A stretch of 26,379 nucleotides of DNA from a virus (IMGVR_UViG_2698536576_000002), one strand, 5' to 3'; shown: positions 1-9,001, counted from the first letter of the stretch. The notes: generated by a model from the letters alone, not told the origin. Translations and numbers: made by a program.

Positions 1-287
1 AAACACGGCAGTTTGCCCGGATGTTGGGGCTTGAACCGAAGAACACGGCGGTGCGGAGTCCGGAGAGTAACGGCATAGCAGAGAGCTTCGTGAAAACGAT
101 AAAGCGTGACTACATCAGTATCATGCCTAAACCAGACGGGTTAACGGCAGCAAAGAACCTTGCAGAGGCGTTCGAGCATTATAACGAATGGCATCCGCAT
201 AGTGCACTGGGTTATCGCTCGCCACGGGAATATCTGCGGCAGCAGGCCAGTAATGGGTTAAGTGATAACAGGTGTCTGGAAATATAG
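1..287 (+). CDS. insD: IS2 transposase OrfB (InsD), C-terminal part; 5' end lies outside the window
   Basis: ORF track 21..287 with open frame running back to the window edge; rve-type integrase motifs ([16 protein letters not shown]). Confidence 0.8.
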   Translation, partial: TRQFARMLGLEPKNTAVRSPESNGIAESFVKTIKRDYISIMPKPDGLTAAKNLAEAFEHYNEWHPHSALGYRSPREYLRQQASNGLSDNRCLEI

Positions 288-298
288 GGGCAAATCCA
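1..298 (+). mobile_element. IS2 (IS3 family) right-hand portion; window begins inside the element, right end at about 298
   Basis: Frame translates to the C-terminal core of the IS2 OrfB transposase ([67 protein letters not shown]); sequence ends TGTCTGGAAATATAGGGGCAAATCCA, matching the IS2 terminus as I remember it. Confidence 0.8.
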
Positions 299-448
299 TA
301 TCAGCGATCTTAAATTTCCGGCCTTTTTAATATTACTGTTTGTAATCTCCCAGCCTTTTAATGTTTCCCGACATCGTTTTCCTCGAAACATGAACCAGAT
401 GCGAATGTATCTACCTCTAATCTCGACACCTGTTGGTAATTTAGACAT
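299..448 (-). pseudogene. intR: Prophage integrase N-terminal remnant (about 50 codons), interrupted by IS2
   Basis: ORF 212..448 begins MSKLPTGVEIRGRYIRIWFMFRGKRCRETLKGWEITNSNIKKAGNLRSLI; from codon 51 the frame runs into IS2-derived sequence. Position downstream of xis on the same strand. Confidence 0.6.
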
Positions 449-449
449 A

Positions 450-665
450 TCATGAGTCTTTGATAAACTGATTTATCTTTGGATAGTTGTACCAGATAAT
501 CCCTCGTTTGCTGTCTGGCTTACCTAAAGGAGATACTCGTTTGAAGTGGAAGCCCTCCACCCAACAGTTCTGGCGGTATGCTTCAATTTGTCTGGCCCCC
601 AGACCAGTGCGAAGCATCAGGCCGTATTCAACCATCCACTCTTCATTAAAGATTACTTGTGCCAT
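450..665 (-). CDS. xisR: Excisionase-like protein (YdaQ/XisR-like), 71 aa
   Basis: ORF 450..689; internal start [44 protein letters not shown]; small protein immediately upstream of int. Confidence 0.6.
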   Translation of the reverse strand: MAQVIFNEEWMVEYGLMLRTGLGARQIEAYRQNCWVEGFHFKRVSPLGKPDSKRGIIWYNYPKINQFIKDS

Positions 666-743
666 CGCATCACCTCTGGCAGGCGCCAATGTTAGACTGA
701 AATTGACGCCCGATGTTGATTATTAATAATCAGCTATGAAGTT

Positions 744-953
744 TTAATTTGAATACAATGCAATTCTCGAGGACTGAAGTTTCTCGCAATTAAAATTTAT
801 CAGTTTTACTTTCTGCTCTCTGGAAACGCCTGCTTCTTTTTTACCTGAGAGCATTTTTTCGCATTCTGATTTCGTTAGTTTAGATTTTGAATATCTTGTC
901 CAGTTAGTAGGAGTGCCACCTTCCTTTTCAATAGTGGCGGTAATTTTATACAT
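744..953 (-). CDS. ydaC: YdaC-like small protein, 69 aa
   Basis: ORF 744..1049; start chosen at MYKITATIEKEGG, preceded by GGAGGTG 5 nt upstream. Confidence 0.65.
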   Translation of the reverse strand: MYKITATIEKEGGTPTNWTRYSKSKLTKSECEKMLSGKKEAGVSREQKVKLINFNCEKLQSSRIALYSN

Positions 954-1140
954 GAACACCTCCATTATTATTTCCAGTGGTTCGTTTATTCCATCTTTCG
1001 AGTGCTTCTTTTTCACTTCCACCATAACCGGTTCGGGATTCGCATCCATTACACTTCGCTCGGTAATATCCTGAAATGGCTTTCACCGTTACTGATGGAC
1101 AACCACAAAATGGACATGGTTTAACATTGTCATATCTCAT
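946..1140 (-). CDS. ralR: Lar/RalR restriction-alleviation protein, 64 aa
   Basis: ORF 946..1179; internal start MRYDNVKPCPFCGCPSV...CNGCESRTGYGGSEKEALERWNKRT, a Lar-family Cys motif; overlaps the ydaC start. Confidence 0.7.
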   Translation of the reverse strand: MRYDNVKPCPFCGCPSVTVKAISGYYRAKCNGCESRTGYGGSEKEALERWNKRTTGNNNGGVHV

Positions 1141-1196
1141 AATTTTTCTCATAAAAAATATTTCAAGTTGGCGGTGCATTACACCGCCAGGCTGAA

Positions 1197-2006
1197 TTAT
1201 TCCTCTGAATTATCGATTACACTGTATTCCCCGGTTAATACAGAGGAATCTGCAGGATCGATTGTCAGTGGTTCCTTTTCATCCATTGATACTGCACGCT
1301 GGATCTCAATTGATACGGGCAGATATTTGAACAGGCGACGAATAGCCGTTTTCTTTGCCATTTCTTCCCAGTGAGTTACCCACGGCCCGTTATTACCAGC
1401 TTTACTCAGGCTGCGCACCAGCTCAATCTGTTTGCGCGTCATAACTTCAAACTGAGTACCTCCGTCTTTCAGTCTTGCGACAGCATAGACGTGGGTAACC
1501 GGGGCATCTTCGTTTTCTCCCGGGCGGTGTATTAACTTTTCATCAAGGCCAAATTCGAAGCTAAACTCGTCACCTTCACGGACAACACGGGCTGACAGGC
1601 TGGCGATTTGACCAGAACGGCGAGCCAGATCAATCATGCCGCGATAGCCAATGATTAGCTGAACGTTCTTTTTACCGCTCTTTTCGTTTTTATTACCAAA
1701 AGGCAGTAAATATGCATGACCGAGGGCGCTACCTGGCTCAAGTCCGAGCTGTGAACACTGTACGATCGCACTGACAAAACTCATAGTGTCACAGTTTCCT
1801 AACGCCGGAACTTTACGAATTTCTGTGGTGGCGATACGGATCATACGTTCAGCCGTCATATGGCGTGGAAGAGCTGCTGCCAGTTGCTCTTTCATTGATG
1901 GCTGGTTAATAAAACTAATCACGTCGCTATTTTTAACTGCTGCTGGTGCATGGTTTCCCTGAGTTTTTTGCAGATCGGCTTTTGCGATTGGTGGTTGCTT
2001 AGTCAT
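1197..2006 (-). CDS. recT: RecT single-strand annealing protein, 269 aa
   Basis: ORF 1197..2063; start at [18 protein letters not shown]; full-length RecT-like sequence; start overlaps the recE stop. Confidence 0.9.
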   Translation of the reverse strand: MTKQPPIAKADLQKTQGNHAPAAVKNSDVISFINQPSMKEQLAAALPRHMTAERMIRIATTEIRKVPALGNCDTMSFVSAIVQCSQLGLEPGSALGHAYLLPFGNKNEKSGKKNVQLIIGYRGMIDLARRSGQIASLSARVVREGDEFSFEFGLDEKLIHRPGENEDAPVTHVYAVARLKDGGTQFEVMTRKQIELVRSLSKAGNNGPWVTHWEEMAKKTAIRRLFKYLPVSIEIQRAVSMDEKEPLTIDPADSSVLTGEYSVIDNSEE

Positions 2007-4599
2007 TTGCATATTCCTTAGCCCAGCGGGGCAGTGATAATGTCTTAATAGCTGGCCATTCATCGGTATTCAGGCAGTCAGACAGGGTTCGCAGATTGCG
2101 GTGATATTCCTGTTGACCTGCCAGTTTTGCTTCTTCGCCCATCATGAAAATTTCAACCGGATAACGTCCGCATTCAATAGTTGTGCTGGCAACCAGAAAA
2201 ACGAAAGTTGGCTGCACTCCAAACTGTGCTTCATAACCGTCACTGTAGAATGCATCCTGAACGTGATAGCGGTAGTCGTAATAAGCGGTTTTGAATCGTT
2301 GAATATCCGCCGTAGTTTTCACGTCCATGATCCAGTGAAATTCAGGGATAATTTTGTCCGGACGGCACCGACACAAAATTCCTGTTTCAGGATCTTCCCA
2401 GTAAATTGATGATTCAGCGTGTCCGGCGCTTTCAACAAGCCATTGCCCCAGCGGCAAAGCCATAACGCTTTGATACATGAGTTCAATTTTCCGGCCTTCT
2501 TCCGCAGTGATAACCGTTTTTCCTGTGCTTGCGCATTCCATCAGAAACGCTTTCTCTTCTTCTTTTCCGGCGTTTGTACGGCGGTTAAATTCAGGTGCTA
2601 CGATAAAGCGGTTACTGAATTCTTCCGGTTCAAGTACCCGGCAGTGGAAAGCAGTTCCTAAATCGAGCGTTTTTGTCTTTGTGGTGTCCACGGGGGCATT
2701 TTTACGCCACAAATATAGTGCCGGAGTATCAGCAATGTCATCGAGCTGAGACTTACTGATACCGGGACCCGCGTGGTAATTCTCATTCGAAATTCCGTAA
2801 TAAATACCTGGCTCTATGTCTTCTACGATTACGGGATCTGCGACTTCGCCAGTTTCATCACTGCAATCGCGATGGGGATCGCTGCCAGCATTCTCATTGT
2901 GCGGATGTTCAGCGCCTTCCATTTCCTCCGGATCATTTTCCTTAGCTTCAACCTGACTCTCTTCATCGAATGTTTCCTGGTATGTTGCGTCGCCCATCAC
3001 CGCACCACAGTCAGGGCAGTTATCCCCGCCAGTCTGGCCGCAGGCATTGCAGGCTATTTCCGGTTCCTGTTGCACTACTGGCTCAGGTTGATTCATATCT
3101 GGGCTGGTTTTTTCCGTTTCTGGCTGGTTCTGGTACACACAATCGCGAGTCTGGATCCCCTTTACCCATTTCGGATCGTTCGGGTCGCTAATTCCGTCAA
3201 CAAATTCACCACGTGATGCAGCAAGCAATTTATCGGCATCGACAGGATTTTTTGATGGAATGTTTTTCCGGGCTTCATGGAGTTCTGCCCGCAGTTCCTG
3301 ATATTTCGCATCAACAGAATTTACCTGTGACTGAGCATCCAGCGGCTGCGTGTCCTGATGATGTTCAGTTGCGTCCGGTTCCATTGTTTCAGCCTCTCCC
3401 TGTTCAACTGCCGTTGTTCCAGATGGTTGCGGTTTTTCTTCATCATCCTGTTTTCCTTCTTCTGTTACTCGCTGCGGCATCGGGGCAGAGGAGCGACCGC
3501 AGGCAATATCCACGATTTCCGGATCAGGGTTGGCATGATCGGTTTCAGTCAGTACTTTGTTCAGATATTCAGTGACGTGCGCGGGGATGACCTCGATCCC
3601 AATTGGTGCTTCTTTTACGGACGCAACCACGATGGCGCGGGAATAATCCAGCCCGCCAGGCATGGTGATGAATTTGTCGCGGAAAACAGAAAAGGGCGGT
3701 TTATTTTCAGCGATAATTTCCTCAATGCGTTTAGCGTGTGCCGGATGAAGGTTATAGATGTCCAGATCCATTGAACGGGCCAGTACGCCAGTGGCTACGT
3801 CGCGCGCCAGTGACGTCAGATCGTGTACGAAACCTTCGCCGCGATCGGTGAGGTTTCCGCCGCCAGCATTAGCACCGGAAGCCGTGCGAGTGATGTGTGA
3901 AACACGATTACCCTTCATCCACTCTTTTGTCAGCAGTCCTCGATCGGTGTAGTCAGCGTTCAGGTATGCTTCGAAAAAAGCAGTTATCAGTCCCAGGTTT
4001 GAATTACCAGGATTAGGGAAAACTTTGTCAGTGTCACGAACCAGTTTGTGGAGTTCGCGAATTTCCAGCGGGTCGAGCAGGCTGGTTTTGTGGGAAACAG
4101 CCAGGGCAGTAACAGCCGGTAGTTCTTCAGCCCGAGCAATGTGTAATGCCTGGAGTCCGTCGCGTGAAACGTGCGTTACCGGTTTTTCGCTGCCGTGTTG
4201 AGCAAGCCAACGAATGGGCAGTTCCTGGCCAGAAATTGGGAGTAGCATATTCTCCTCAATCTCAGTCATGTCTTCGCCGTTGACGTTGGTATTGCCTTGA
4301 TAGTGAGCGTTGTCTGGTGCTGCTCCCGGTTTTAGTTCCCATGTCATGGAGTCTTTGCTGAGTTGATAGCGTTCACTCCAGGTAAAATCGATCTCACCTT
4401 CAGCGGGCAGGTCATTAACGACAGGAAAATTCGTGGCAACAGCTTTAAAATAGCTGCTCAGTTTTTTACCTGACTTAACGATCAGGTAGTCCAGAGTGGC
4501 ACAGGTCGATTCAAAATCGTTGCTTGCCCACAGGACGACGTCAGGTTCACCGGATGATTTTTTCGCTTTCCGTAACAGGAAGAGTGGTTTTGTGCTCAT
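1999..4599 (-). CDS. recE: RecE exonuclease VIII, 866 aa
   Basis: ORF 1999..4599, [30 protein letters not shown]...; full-length RecE-like. Confidence 0.9.
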   Translation of the reverse strand: MSTKPLFLLRKAKKSSGEPDVVLWASNDFESTCATLDYLIVKSGKKLSSYFKAVATNFPVVNDLPAEGEIDFTWSERYQLSKDSMTWELKPGAAPDNAHYQGNTNVNGEDMTEIEENMLLPISGQELPIRWLAQHGSEKPVTHVSRDGLQALHIARAEELPAVTALAVSHKTSLLDPLEIRELHKLVRDTDKVFPNPGNSNLGLITAFFEAYLNADYTDRGLLTKEWMKGNRVSHITRTASGANAGGGNLTDRGEGFVHDLTSLARDVATGVLARSMDLDIYNLHPAHAKRIEEIIAENKPPFSVFRDKFITMPGGLDYSRAIVVASVKEAPIGIEVIPAHVTEYLNKVLTETDHANPDPEIVDIACGRSSAPMPQRVTEEGKQDDEEKPQPSGTTAVEQGEAETMEPDATEHHQDTQPLDAQSQVNSVDAKYQELRAELHEARKNIPSKNPVDADKLLAASRGEFVDGISDPNDPKWVKGIQTRDCVYQNQPETEKTSPDMNQPEPVVQQEPEIACNACGQTGGDNCPDCGAVMGDATYQETFDEESQVEAKENDPEEMEGAEHPHNENAGSDPHRDCSDETGEVADPVIVEDIEPGIYYGISNENYHAGPGISKSQLDDIADTPALYLWRKNAPVDTTKTKTLDLGTAFHCRVLEPEEFSNRFIVAPEFNRRTNAGKEEEKAFLMECASTGKTVITAEEGRKIELMYQSVMALPLGQWLVESAGHAESSIYWEDPETGILCRCRPDKIIPEFHWIMDVKTTADIQRFKTAYYDYRYHVQDAFYSDGYEAQFGVQPTFVFLVASTTIECGRYPVEIFMMGEEAKLAGQQEYHRNLRTLSDCLNTDEWPAIKTLSLPRWAKEYAND

Positions 4600-4670
4600 T
4601 GTTTTTTAACCTCAACTCAGATTAAAATTCGTTTTGTTCAGTGAATGATCTTGCCGGATACACACTGTTC

Positions 4671-4695
4671 ATAGCCTGCGCCATACGCAGGCTAT
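4671..4695. other. Perfect 10-bp inverted repeat (ATAGCCTGCG-N5-CGCAGGCTAT) between racC and recE
   Basis: Read directly from the sequence; lies 6 nt after the racC stop and about 70 nt before the recE start; no U-run follows on the minus (transcribed) strand. Confidence 0.5.
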
Positions 4696-4700
4696 TTCTT

Positions 4701-4976
4701 TCAGATTTCACCTTTTAATTTCATTGCAATTAGAGTTGCCAGAAATTCGGCTTTTTTTTCTGCGGGCAGATTCTTTCCGATATGCACCAGGCACATTTTT
4801 TTGACACCTTCATCAAGTGTTTTTACGTTGCCTGATGGACCATCGATATCAACCACAGTGAATGGGGTTTCTTTATTTTCTGTTTTAATTACGTAGCCAA
4901 TGCGCTTTCCTTCCAGATTCACCTCGTGAACAATGTCATCGGTAGTTACAACAGTGGCTTCATAATTGGTAATCAT
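4701..4976 (-). CDS. racC: RacC, 91 aa
   Basis: ORF 4701..5024; start MITNYEATVVTTDD preceded by AGGAG. Confidence 0.8.
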   Translation of the reverse strand: MITNYEATVVTTDDIVHEVNLEGKRIGYVIKTENKETPFTVVDIDGPSGNVKTLDEGVKKMCLVHIGKNLPAEKKAEFLATLIAMKLKGEI

Positions 4977-5050
4977 GTTTTTCTCCTTAATTAAGGTTGA
5001 GCGAATACCTGCCATTTCTGGCATAAATTCAGTTTCGAATAGTCAATTAA

Positions 5051-5221
5051 TTAAAGTTCATGTGCCATCTGGTCTTTTTCGGCACAAGCTTCACTGCAAT
5101 ATTTTCTCGGTTCGTCTTTTGATAAAATCCCGTGCATGAAGTGAAGCATTCTTTCAATAGCTTTGCTTTCTTCAACGTCTTTTTTGCAAAGGTGGTAAGC
5201 ACATTTTATTTTCTTAGTCAT
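5051..5221 (-). CDS. ydaE: YdaE-like Cys-rich small protein, 56 aa (hand-translated; absent from ORF track)
   Basis: Minus strand reads [56 protein letters not shown]; its ATG overlaps the kilR stop as ATGA. Confidence 0.7.
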   Translation of the reverse strand: MTKKIKCAYHLCKKDVEESKAIERMLHFMHGILSKDEPRKYCSEACAEKDQMAHEL

Positions 5222-5442
5222 CACCATGACTCCGCCTTTACAGGTAAACCATCACGACCGAGGAAGACTTTAATCATGCGGTCAGTAATGCATGTTTTTG
5301 TGGTCAGGTTACGAATATATAGTTTTCGCTTTTTAATATTGTTTGCCGAGGCAATATATGTCCGGCCTTCATGAAGAACATAATCGCCAGGAGTCACACA
5401 CTGACGTGGTATTTCATCAGTTCCGAAGTGATGTGCAATCAT
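5221..5442 (-). CDS. kilR: KilR (FtsZ-targeting cell-division inhibitor), 73 aa
   Basis: ORF 5221..5454; start [15 protein letters not shown] with GGAGA 6 nt upstream. Confidence 0.8.
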   Translation of the reverse strand: MIAHHFGTDEIPRQCVTPGDYVLHEGRTYIASANNIKKRKLYIRNLTTKTCITDRMIKVFLGRDGLPVKAESW

Positions 5443-5604
5443 AATTATCTCCATTTTTACAAATGAACTTTGTTGATGCGGTGCCTGGTGCCTCCAGGTG
5501 ACTGCAACCAGTTAACAATTACAGTCGGCTTTCCCACCCAAACCAATAAGGACTAACATGACTTTTAACTGTGCCACGTGCGCTTAGCCGCATTCACCGC
5601 ATCA

Positions 5605-5665
5605 CAAAATTCACTTTAAAAAGGGCGGACATCAGCCGAACTTCAAGAAAAAAACTGATGCCGCC
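5605..5665 (-). terminator. Candidate intrinsic terminator/attenuator on the minus strand upstream of kilR
   Basis: Imperfect stem GGCGGaCATCAG / CTGATGCCGCC (5624-5665) followed on the minus strand by TTTTTAAAGTGAATTTTG. Confidence 0.35.
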
Positions 5666-5883
5666 AGGACTACACACAGCAATGTCGTTATTTACAACCG
5701 GAGGCGCACTCCCACCATTTAAATTTAACAGACAAGACCGACTCTTTATGGATATCGGAAATGCGCCTTCGTGTTGTGCCCGGTTTTATTTCACCACCTC
5801 CGGGCTTCGGTGGTCTCGGCTATACCCCTACAGCGAGAGCTTGTGTTAACATTTCAATACCCTTACAGTTGAGAGTTATTGAT

Positions 5884-6372
5884 ATGTTGGATGTATTTAC
5901 TCCATTGTTGAAACTTTTTGCTAACGAGCCACTCGAAAGACTTATGTATACGATTATCATTTTTGGTCTCACTCTCTGGCTGATACCGAAAGAGTTTACT
6001 GTCGCATTCAATGCTTATACTGAAATACCTTGGCTCTTTCAGATTATCGTTTTTGCCTTTTCTTTCGTGGTCGCCATTTCCTTCTCAAGATTGCGAGCAC
6101 ATATTCAAAAGCATTATTCATTACTACCAGAGCAACGAGTATTGCTTCGTTTATCTGAGAAAGAAATCGCTGTATTTAAAGATTTCCTTAAAACAGGAAA
6201 TCTTATTATCACTTCTCCTTGCCGTAACCCGGTTATGAAAAAATTAGAACGGAAGGGCATCATTCAACATCAGAGTGATAGCGCAAACTGTTCTTATTAT
6301 CTCGTCACCGAAAAATACTCCCATTTTATGAAGTTATTCTGGAACAGCAGGAGTAGACGTTTTAATCGTTAG
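5884..6372 (+). CDS. sieB: SieB superinfection exclusion protein, 162 aa, membrane protein
   Basis: ORF 5761..6372; internal start MLDVFTPLLKLFANEPLERLMYTIIIFGLTLWLIPKEF; hydrophobic N-terminal half. Confidence 0.8.
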   Translation: MLDVFTPLLKLFANEPLERLMYTIIIFGLTLWLIPKEFTVAFNAYTEIPWLFQIIVFAFSFVVAISFSRLRAHIQKHYSLLPEQRVLLRLSEKEIAVFKDFLKTGNLIITSPCRNPVMKKLERKGIIQHQSDSANCSYYLVTEKYSHFMKLFWNSRSRRFNR

Positions 6373-6524
6373 CTTACTGTGTGCTTCTCCAACCATCGGC
6401 GCGCACCAGTTTCGGTTTTAAATGTTTTGCTTTTGGTATACGTCATGGCAGTGAACGTTCCATCCTGGTTGGGGAACACGCCGCACACCAGGGATTCGTT
6501 GTTGCCGAGGTCGATTTTTTGCAT
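6369..6524 (-). CDS. ydaF: YdaF-like small protein, 51 aa (hand-translated)
   Basis: Minus strand reads MQKIDLGNNESLVCGVFPNQDGTFTAMTYTKSKTFKTETGARRWLEKHTVS; its stop overlaps the sieB stop (convergent). Confidence 0.6.
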   Translation of the reverse strand: MQKIDLGNNESLVCGVFPNQDGTFTAMTYTKSKTFKTETGARRWLEKHTVS

Positions 6525-6534
6525 TTTGCGAATC

Positions 6535-6669
6535 TCACATCTTGTTGCTACGTATAGCGACTTCTGCCTGCCAGAGATCCCAGTCGTTGCTGCGTAAAGC
6601 CTGCACAGCCTGGTTGTAAGTGATACCGCAACAATCCATCAAATACTGAACTACTTCGTAATGCACCAT
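6535..6669 (-). CDS. ydaG: YdaG-like small protein, 44 aa (hand-translated)
   Basis: Minus strand reads MVHYEVVQYLMDCCGITYNQAVQALRSNDWDLWQAEVAIRSNKM. Confidence 0.6.
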   Translation of the reverse strand: MVHYEVVQYLMDCCGITYNQAVQALRSNDWDLWQAEVAIRSNKM

Positions 6670-6840
6670 CTTATCTATCCCCTTAACGCCGGGTGGCGGA
6701 ACTAACTGCTGCACTGCAAAATTTGAATCCCGCCGTCATGTTCATACGCCTCGGGCTGGCTACTTAACCCCTGACCACTGCCTGGTAACTCGAAGTATTG
6801 CCCGGCGTTCTGTGGGGCGGGGTGGGTTGGTAGGTATATA

Positions 6841-6881
6841 ATGTACTTTGTGTTCATCATTGTAAAGTACTTTAAGTACAT
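6841..6881. promoter_or_regulatory. OL-like operator pair: two 17-bp imperfect palindromes with invariant ATGTACT half-site (6841-6857 and 6865-6881)
   Basis: ATGTACTttgTGTTCAT and, on the minus strand, ATGTACTtaaAGTACTT; centres 24 bp apart; located between the repressor gene 3' end and the leftward small genes. Confidence 0.45.
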
Positions 6882-6956
6882 TTTATGTATAAAAAAATGA
6901 GACGGGATAAAGTGAAGCACAAACCCGGAGGGGGACGCTACCGGATTTATGCTGGT

Positions 6957-7376
6957 TTAAGAGGCTTTTTGTTTTTTCTTTCGTGCTAACTCTTCGTAAA
7001 TTGCATTGTACTTCTGTTTTTTCTCCTCAAGAGTTTTTAAAAGTTCATCTGTCTCACTGTCAGGGAGCTCGTCCAGAAGGTCAATGATGATTTTTTGTCT
7101 TGGATTTAACTCCTGATAGAAACGTATCTGTCCACTTTCTTCTGTATCCTCTCCCAAAAGATAGGTTGGTGTTGTTCCAATGAGTGTTGCTAATTCCCTT
7201 AATTTCTCTCGGCGAGGAATTGTTTCACCATTAAACCATTTGCTAACCGCTTTTGGTGTTAATTTCATTCGACGGGCAATTTCTGCCTGCCTTCCATGTT
7301 GTTCATAACCAGCGTTTTCACAGGCTAGCGCAAGCCTACTGGCGAACTCTTTACGCGCTTTATCTTCATGAACCAT
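6957..7376 (-). CDS. racR: Prophage repressor, XRE-family helix-turn-helix (RacR-like by position), 139 aa
   Basis: ORF 6957..7376; HTH segment QAEIARRMKLTPKAVSKWFNGETIP; charged, coiled-coil-like C-terminus; divergent from the cro-like gene. Confidence 0.6.
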   Translation of the reverse strand: MVHEDKARKEFASRLALACENAGYEQHGRQAEIARRMKLTPKAVSKWFNGETIPRREKLRELATLIGTTPTYLLGEDTEESGQIRFYQELNPRQKIIIDLLDELPDSETDELLKTLEEKKQKYNAIYEELARKKKQKAS

Positions 7377-7396
7377 AAGTTCAATGATATTCGCTC

Positions 7397-7441
7397 TTGA
7401 ATGTACTGTCAGTTCTGTTATAGCATGTACTCAAAGTTCAC
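7397..7441. promoter_or_regulatory. OR-like divergent promoter/operator region: sites ATGTACTgtcAGTTCTG (7401-7417) and ATGTACTcaaAGTTCAC (7425-7441); candidate rightward promoter TTGAAT-16-TATAGC
   Basis: Read from sequence; same half-site and same 24-bp centre spacing as the OL-like pair; the sites overlap the -35 and -10/+1 of the candidate cro promoter. Confidence 0.45.
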
Positions 7442-7455
7442 ATTGTGAGGATGAT

Positions 7456-7710
7456 ATGAACCAGAAAACACTTGAAGATGTAATCAAAACTGTTCGCGTT
7501 TCTGTTGTGGCCGACGTTTGTGGTGTCAGCCAAAGAGCAATCTACAAATGGATGGATAACGGAAAATTGCCTCGCACAGAATATACCGGCGAAACAAATT
7601 ACGCTGAAAAAATCGCTCATGCATCAAACGGATTATTTTCTGCCGATGCAATTTTAACTATTGGCAGAAATAAAACTACTACGAAAAAGCTGATGGGAGT
7701 TGATTCATGA
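7456..7710 (+). CDS. Cro-like small HTH regulator (YdaS-like by position), 84 aa
   Basis: ORF 7384..7710; start MNQKTLEDVIK with GAGGATGA upstream; HTH segment VADVCGVSQRAIYKWMDNGKLP; stop overlaps the next start (ATGA). Confidence 0.6.
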   Translation: MNQKTLEDVIKTVRVSVVADVCGVSQRAIYKWMDNGKLPRTEYTGETNYAEKIAHASNGLFSADAILTIGRNKTTTKKLMGVDS

Positions 7711-8129
7711 AAATCAAGCATGAGCACATCGAATCAGTGTTGTTAGCCCTGGCAGCCGAAAAAGGGCAGGCGTGGGTCGCTAACGCAATTACTGAAGAAT
7801 ATCTGCACCAGGGGGGCGGCGAATTGCCCCTGGTACCAGGCAAGGACTGGAACAATCAGCAGAATATCTATCATCGTTGGTTGAAAGGTGAAACGAATGC
7901 GCAAAGGGAAAAAATTCAGAAACTGATCCCTGCGGTTCTGGCAATTCTTCCTCGCGAGCTGCGTCACCGACTCTGCATCTTCGATACCTTGGAACGCCGT
8001 GCATTACTGGCGGCACAGGATGCACTGAGTACGGCAATTGATGCGCATGATGATGCAGTCCAGGCCGTTTACCGTAAAGCACATTTCAGCGGCGGCGGTT
8101 CTCCTAGCGATTCTGTCGTAGTGCATTGA
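7707..8129 (+). CDS. ydaT: YdaT-like protein (CII-position), 140 aa
   Basis: ORF 7707..8129 MKIKHEHIESVLLALAAEKGQAWVANAITEEYL; translationally coupled to the cro-like gene. Confidence 0.65.
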   Translation: MKIKHEHIESVLLALAAEKGQAWVANAITEEYLHQGGGELPLVPGKDWNNQQNIYHRWLKGETNAQREKIQKLIPAVLAILPRELRHRLCIFDTLERRALLAAQDALSTAIDAHDDAVQAVYRKAHFSGGGSPSDSVVVH

Positions 8130-8142
8130 TTGAAATTAATCG

Positions 8143-8164
8143 TACCGAACTGTTTTGTTCGGTA
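8143..8164 (+). other. Hairpin TACCGAAC-N6-GTTCGGTA after ydaT (no clear U-tract)
   Basis: Perfect 8-bp inverted repeat read from sequence, 14 nt after the ydaT stop. Confidence 0.3.
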
Positions 8165-8174
8165 TCAGTTAAAT

Positions 8175-8615
8175 GTAACGCTGCGAGCGTTACAAGGTGA
8201 AAACAAATGGCTTCAAACTGGATAAAGCTCGAAGTTATTACGCCGGATAAGCCGGAAATATTCAGGCTTGCTGAGATTCTGAATATTGATCCAGATGCCG
8301 CATTAGGGAAAGTCATTCGCTTCTGGGCATGGGCGGATCAACAAATGATAGACGGTAACGCAGAGTGTAACGCTCGAGGCGTTACAAAAAGTGCAATAGA
8401 CCGTATCACTTTTATGGCTGGTTTTGCTGATGCGTTAATTCAGGTTGGATGGCTGGTCGAAAGTGATGGAGTGCTTTCACTACCAAACTTTGAGCGTCAT
8501 AACGGAAAAAGCTCGAAAAAACGGGCGGTTACAAACGAGAGAGTTACAAAAATACGCGAACTGAAGCGAAAAGGTAACGCTGCCAGCGTTACACAAACGG
8601 ATCAAAAAGCGTTAC
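8175..8615. repeat. Iteron-like set: three 19-bp palindromes GTAACGCT-N3-AGCGTTAC (8175-8193, 8367-8385, 8574-8592) plus half-sites (8525-8532, 8541-8547, 8608-8615)
   Basis: Read from sequence; first copy 14 bp upstream of the ydaU start, the others inside its 5' third. Confidence 0.55.
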
Positions 8616-8995
8616 CAGAGGAAGAGGAAGAGGAAGATATAAATACTGATCTCCCCCTAAATCCCCCTCGGCAAAAACGAGCGTCTAAACAATTCGAGCC
8701 GGAGGCCATTGCTCTGCCCGACTGGTTGCCAGAAACACTCTGGAATGAGTGGGTCCAGTTCAGGCAGGCATTGCGAAAACCGATTCGAACGGAGCAGGGC
8801 GCTAACGGGGCGATACGGGAACTGGAAAAATTCCGCCAGCAGGGTTTTACCCCTGAGCAGGTGATTCGACACAGCATCGCCAATGAATACCAGGGCTTGT
8901 TCGCGCCGAAAAGTGTTCGGCCTGAGACGTTGCTCCGACAGGTTAACACTGTCTCGTTTCCGGACAGTGCGATCCCGCCAGGCTTCAGGGGGTAA
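8207..8995 (+). CDS. ydaU: Replication initiator-like protein (YdaU-like, O-position), 262 aa
   Basis: ORF 8207..8995; AAGGTGA RBS; acidic linker EEEEEED; precedes a DnaC-like gene. Confidence 0.65.
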   Translation: MASNWIKLEVITPDKPEIFRLAEILNIDPDAALGKVIRFWAWADQQMIDGNAECNARGVTKSAIDRITFMAGFADALIQVGWLVESDGVLSLPNFERHNGKSSKKRAVTNERVTKIRELKRKGNAASVTQTDQKALPEEEEEEDINTDLPLNPPRQKRASKQFEPEAIALPDWLPETLWNEWVQFRQALRKPIRTEQGANGAIRELEKFRQQGFTPEQVIRHSIANEYQGLFAPKSVRPETLLRQVNTVSFPDSAIPPGFRG

Positions 8996-9001
8996 CTGAC
9001 C

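Noticed and set aside
2101-3952. Plus-strand ORFs of 64-147 aa (2101..2409, 2419..2661, 2477..2749, 2773..3216, 2970..3191, 3213..3575, 3358..3774, 3758..3952)
   Set aside because: All lie antisense inside recE, which is full-length and recognisable; they have no RBS and low-complexity translations, so they are shadow ORFs.
5761-5883. Upstream in-frame ATG extending sieB to 203 aa
   Set aside because: No RBS, and the extra N-terminal peptide (MRLRVVPGFISPPPGFGG...) is not protein-like; the internal start at 5884 gives the expected 162-aa membrane protein.
6702-6920. Minus-strand 72-aa ORF between ydaG and the repressor gene
   Set aside because: It overlaps the operator-like repeat region, has no RBS and an unconvincing translation; more likely regulatory DNA.
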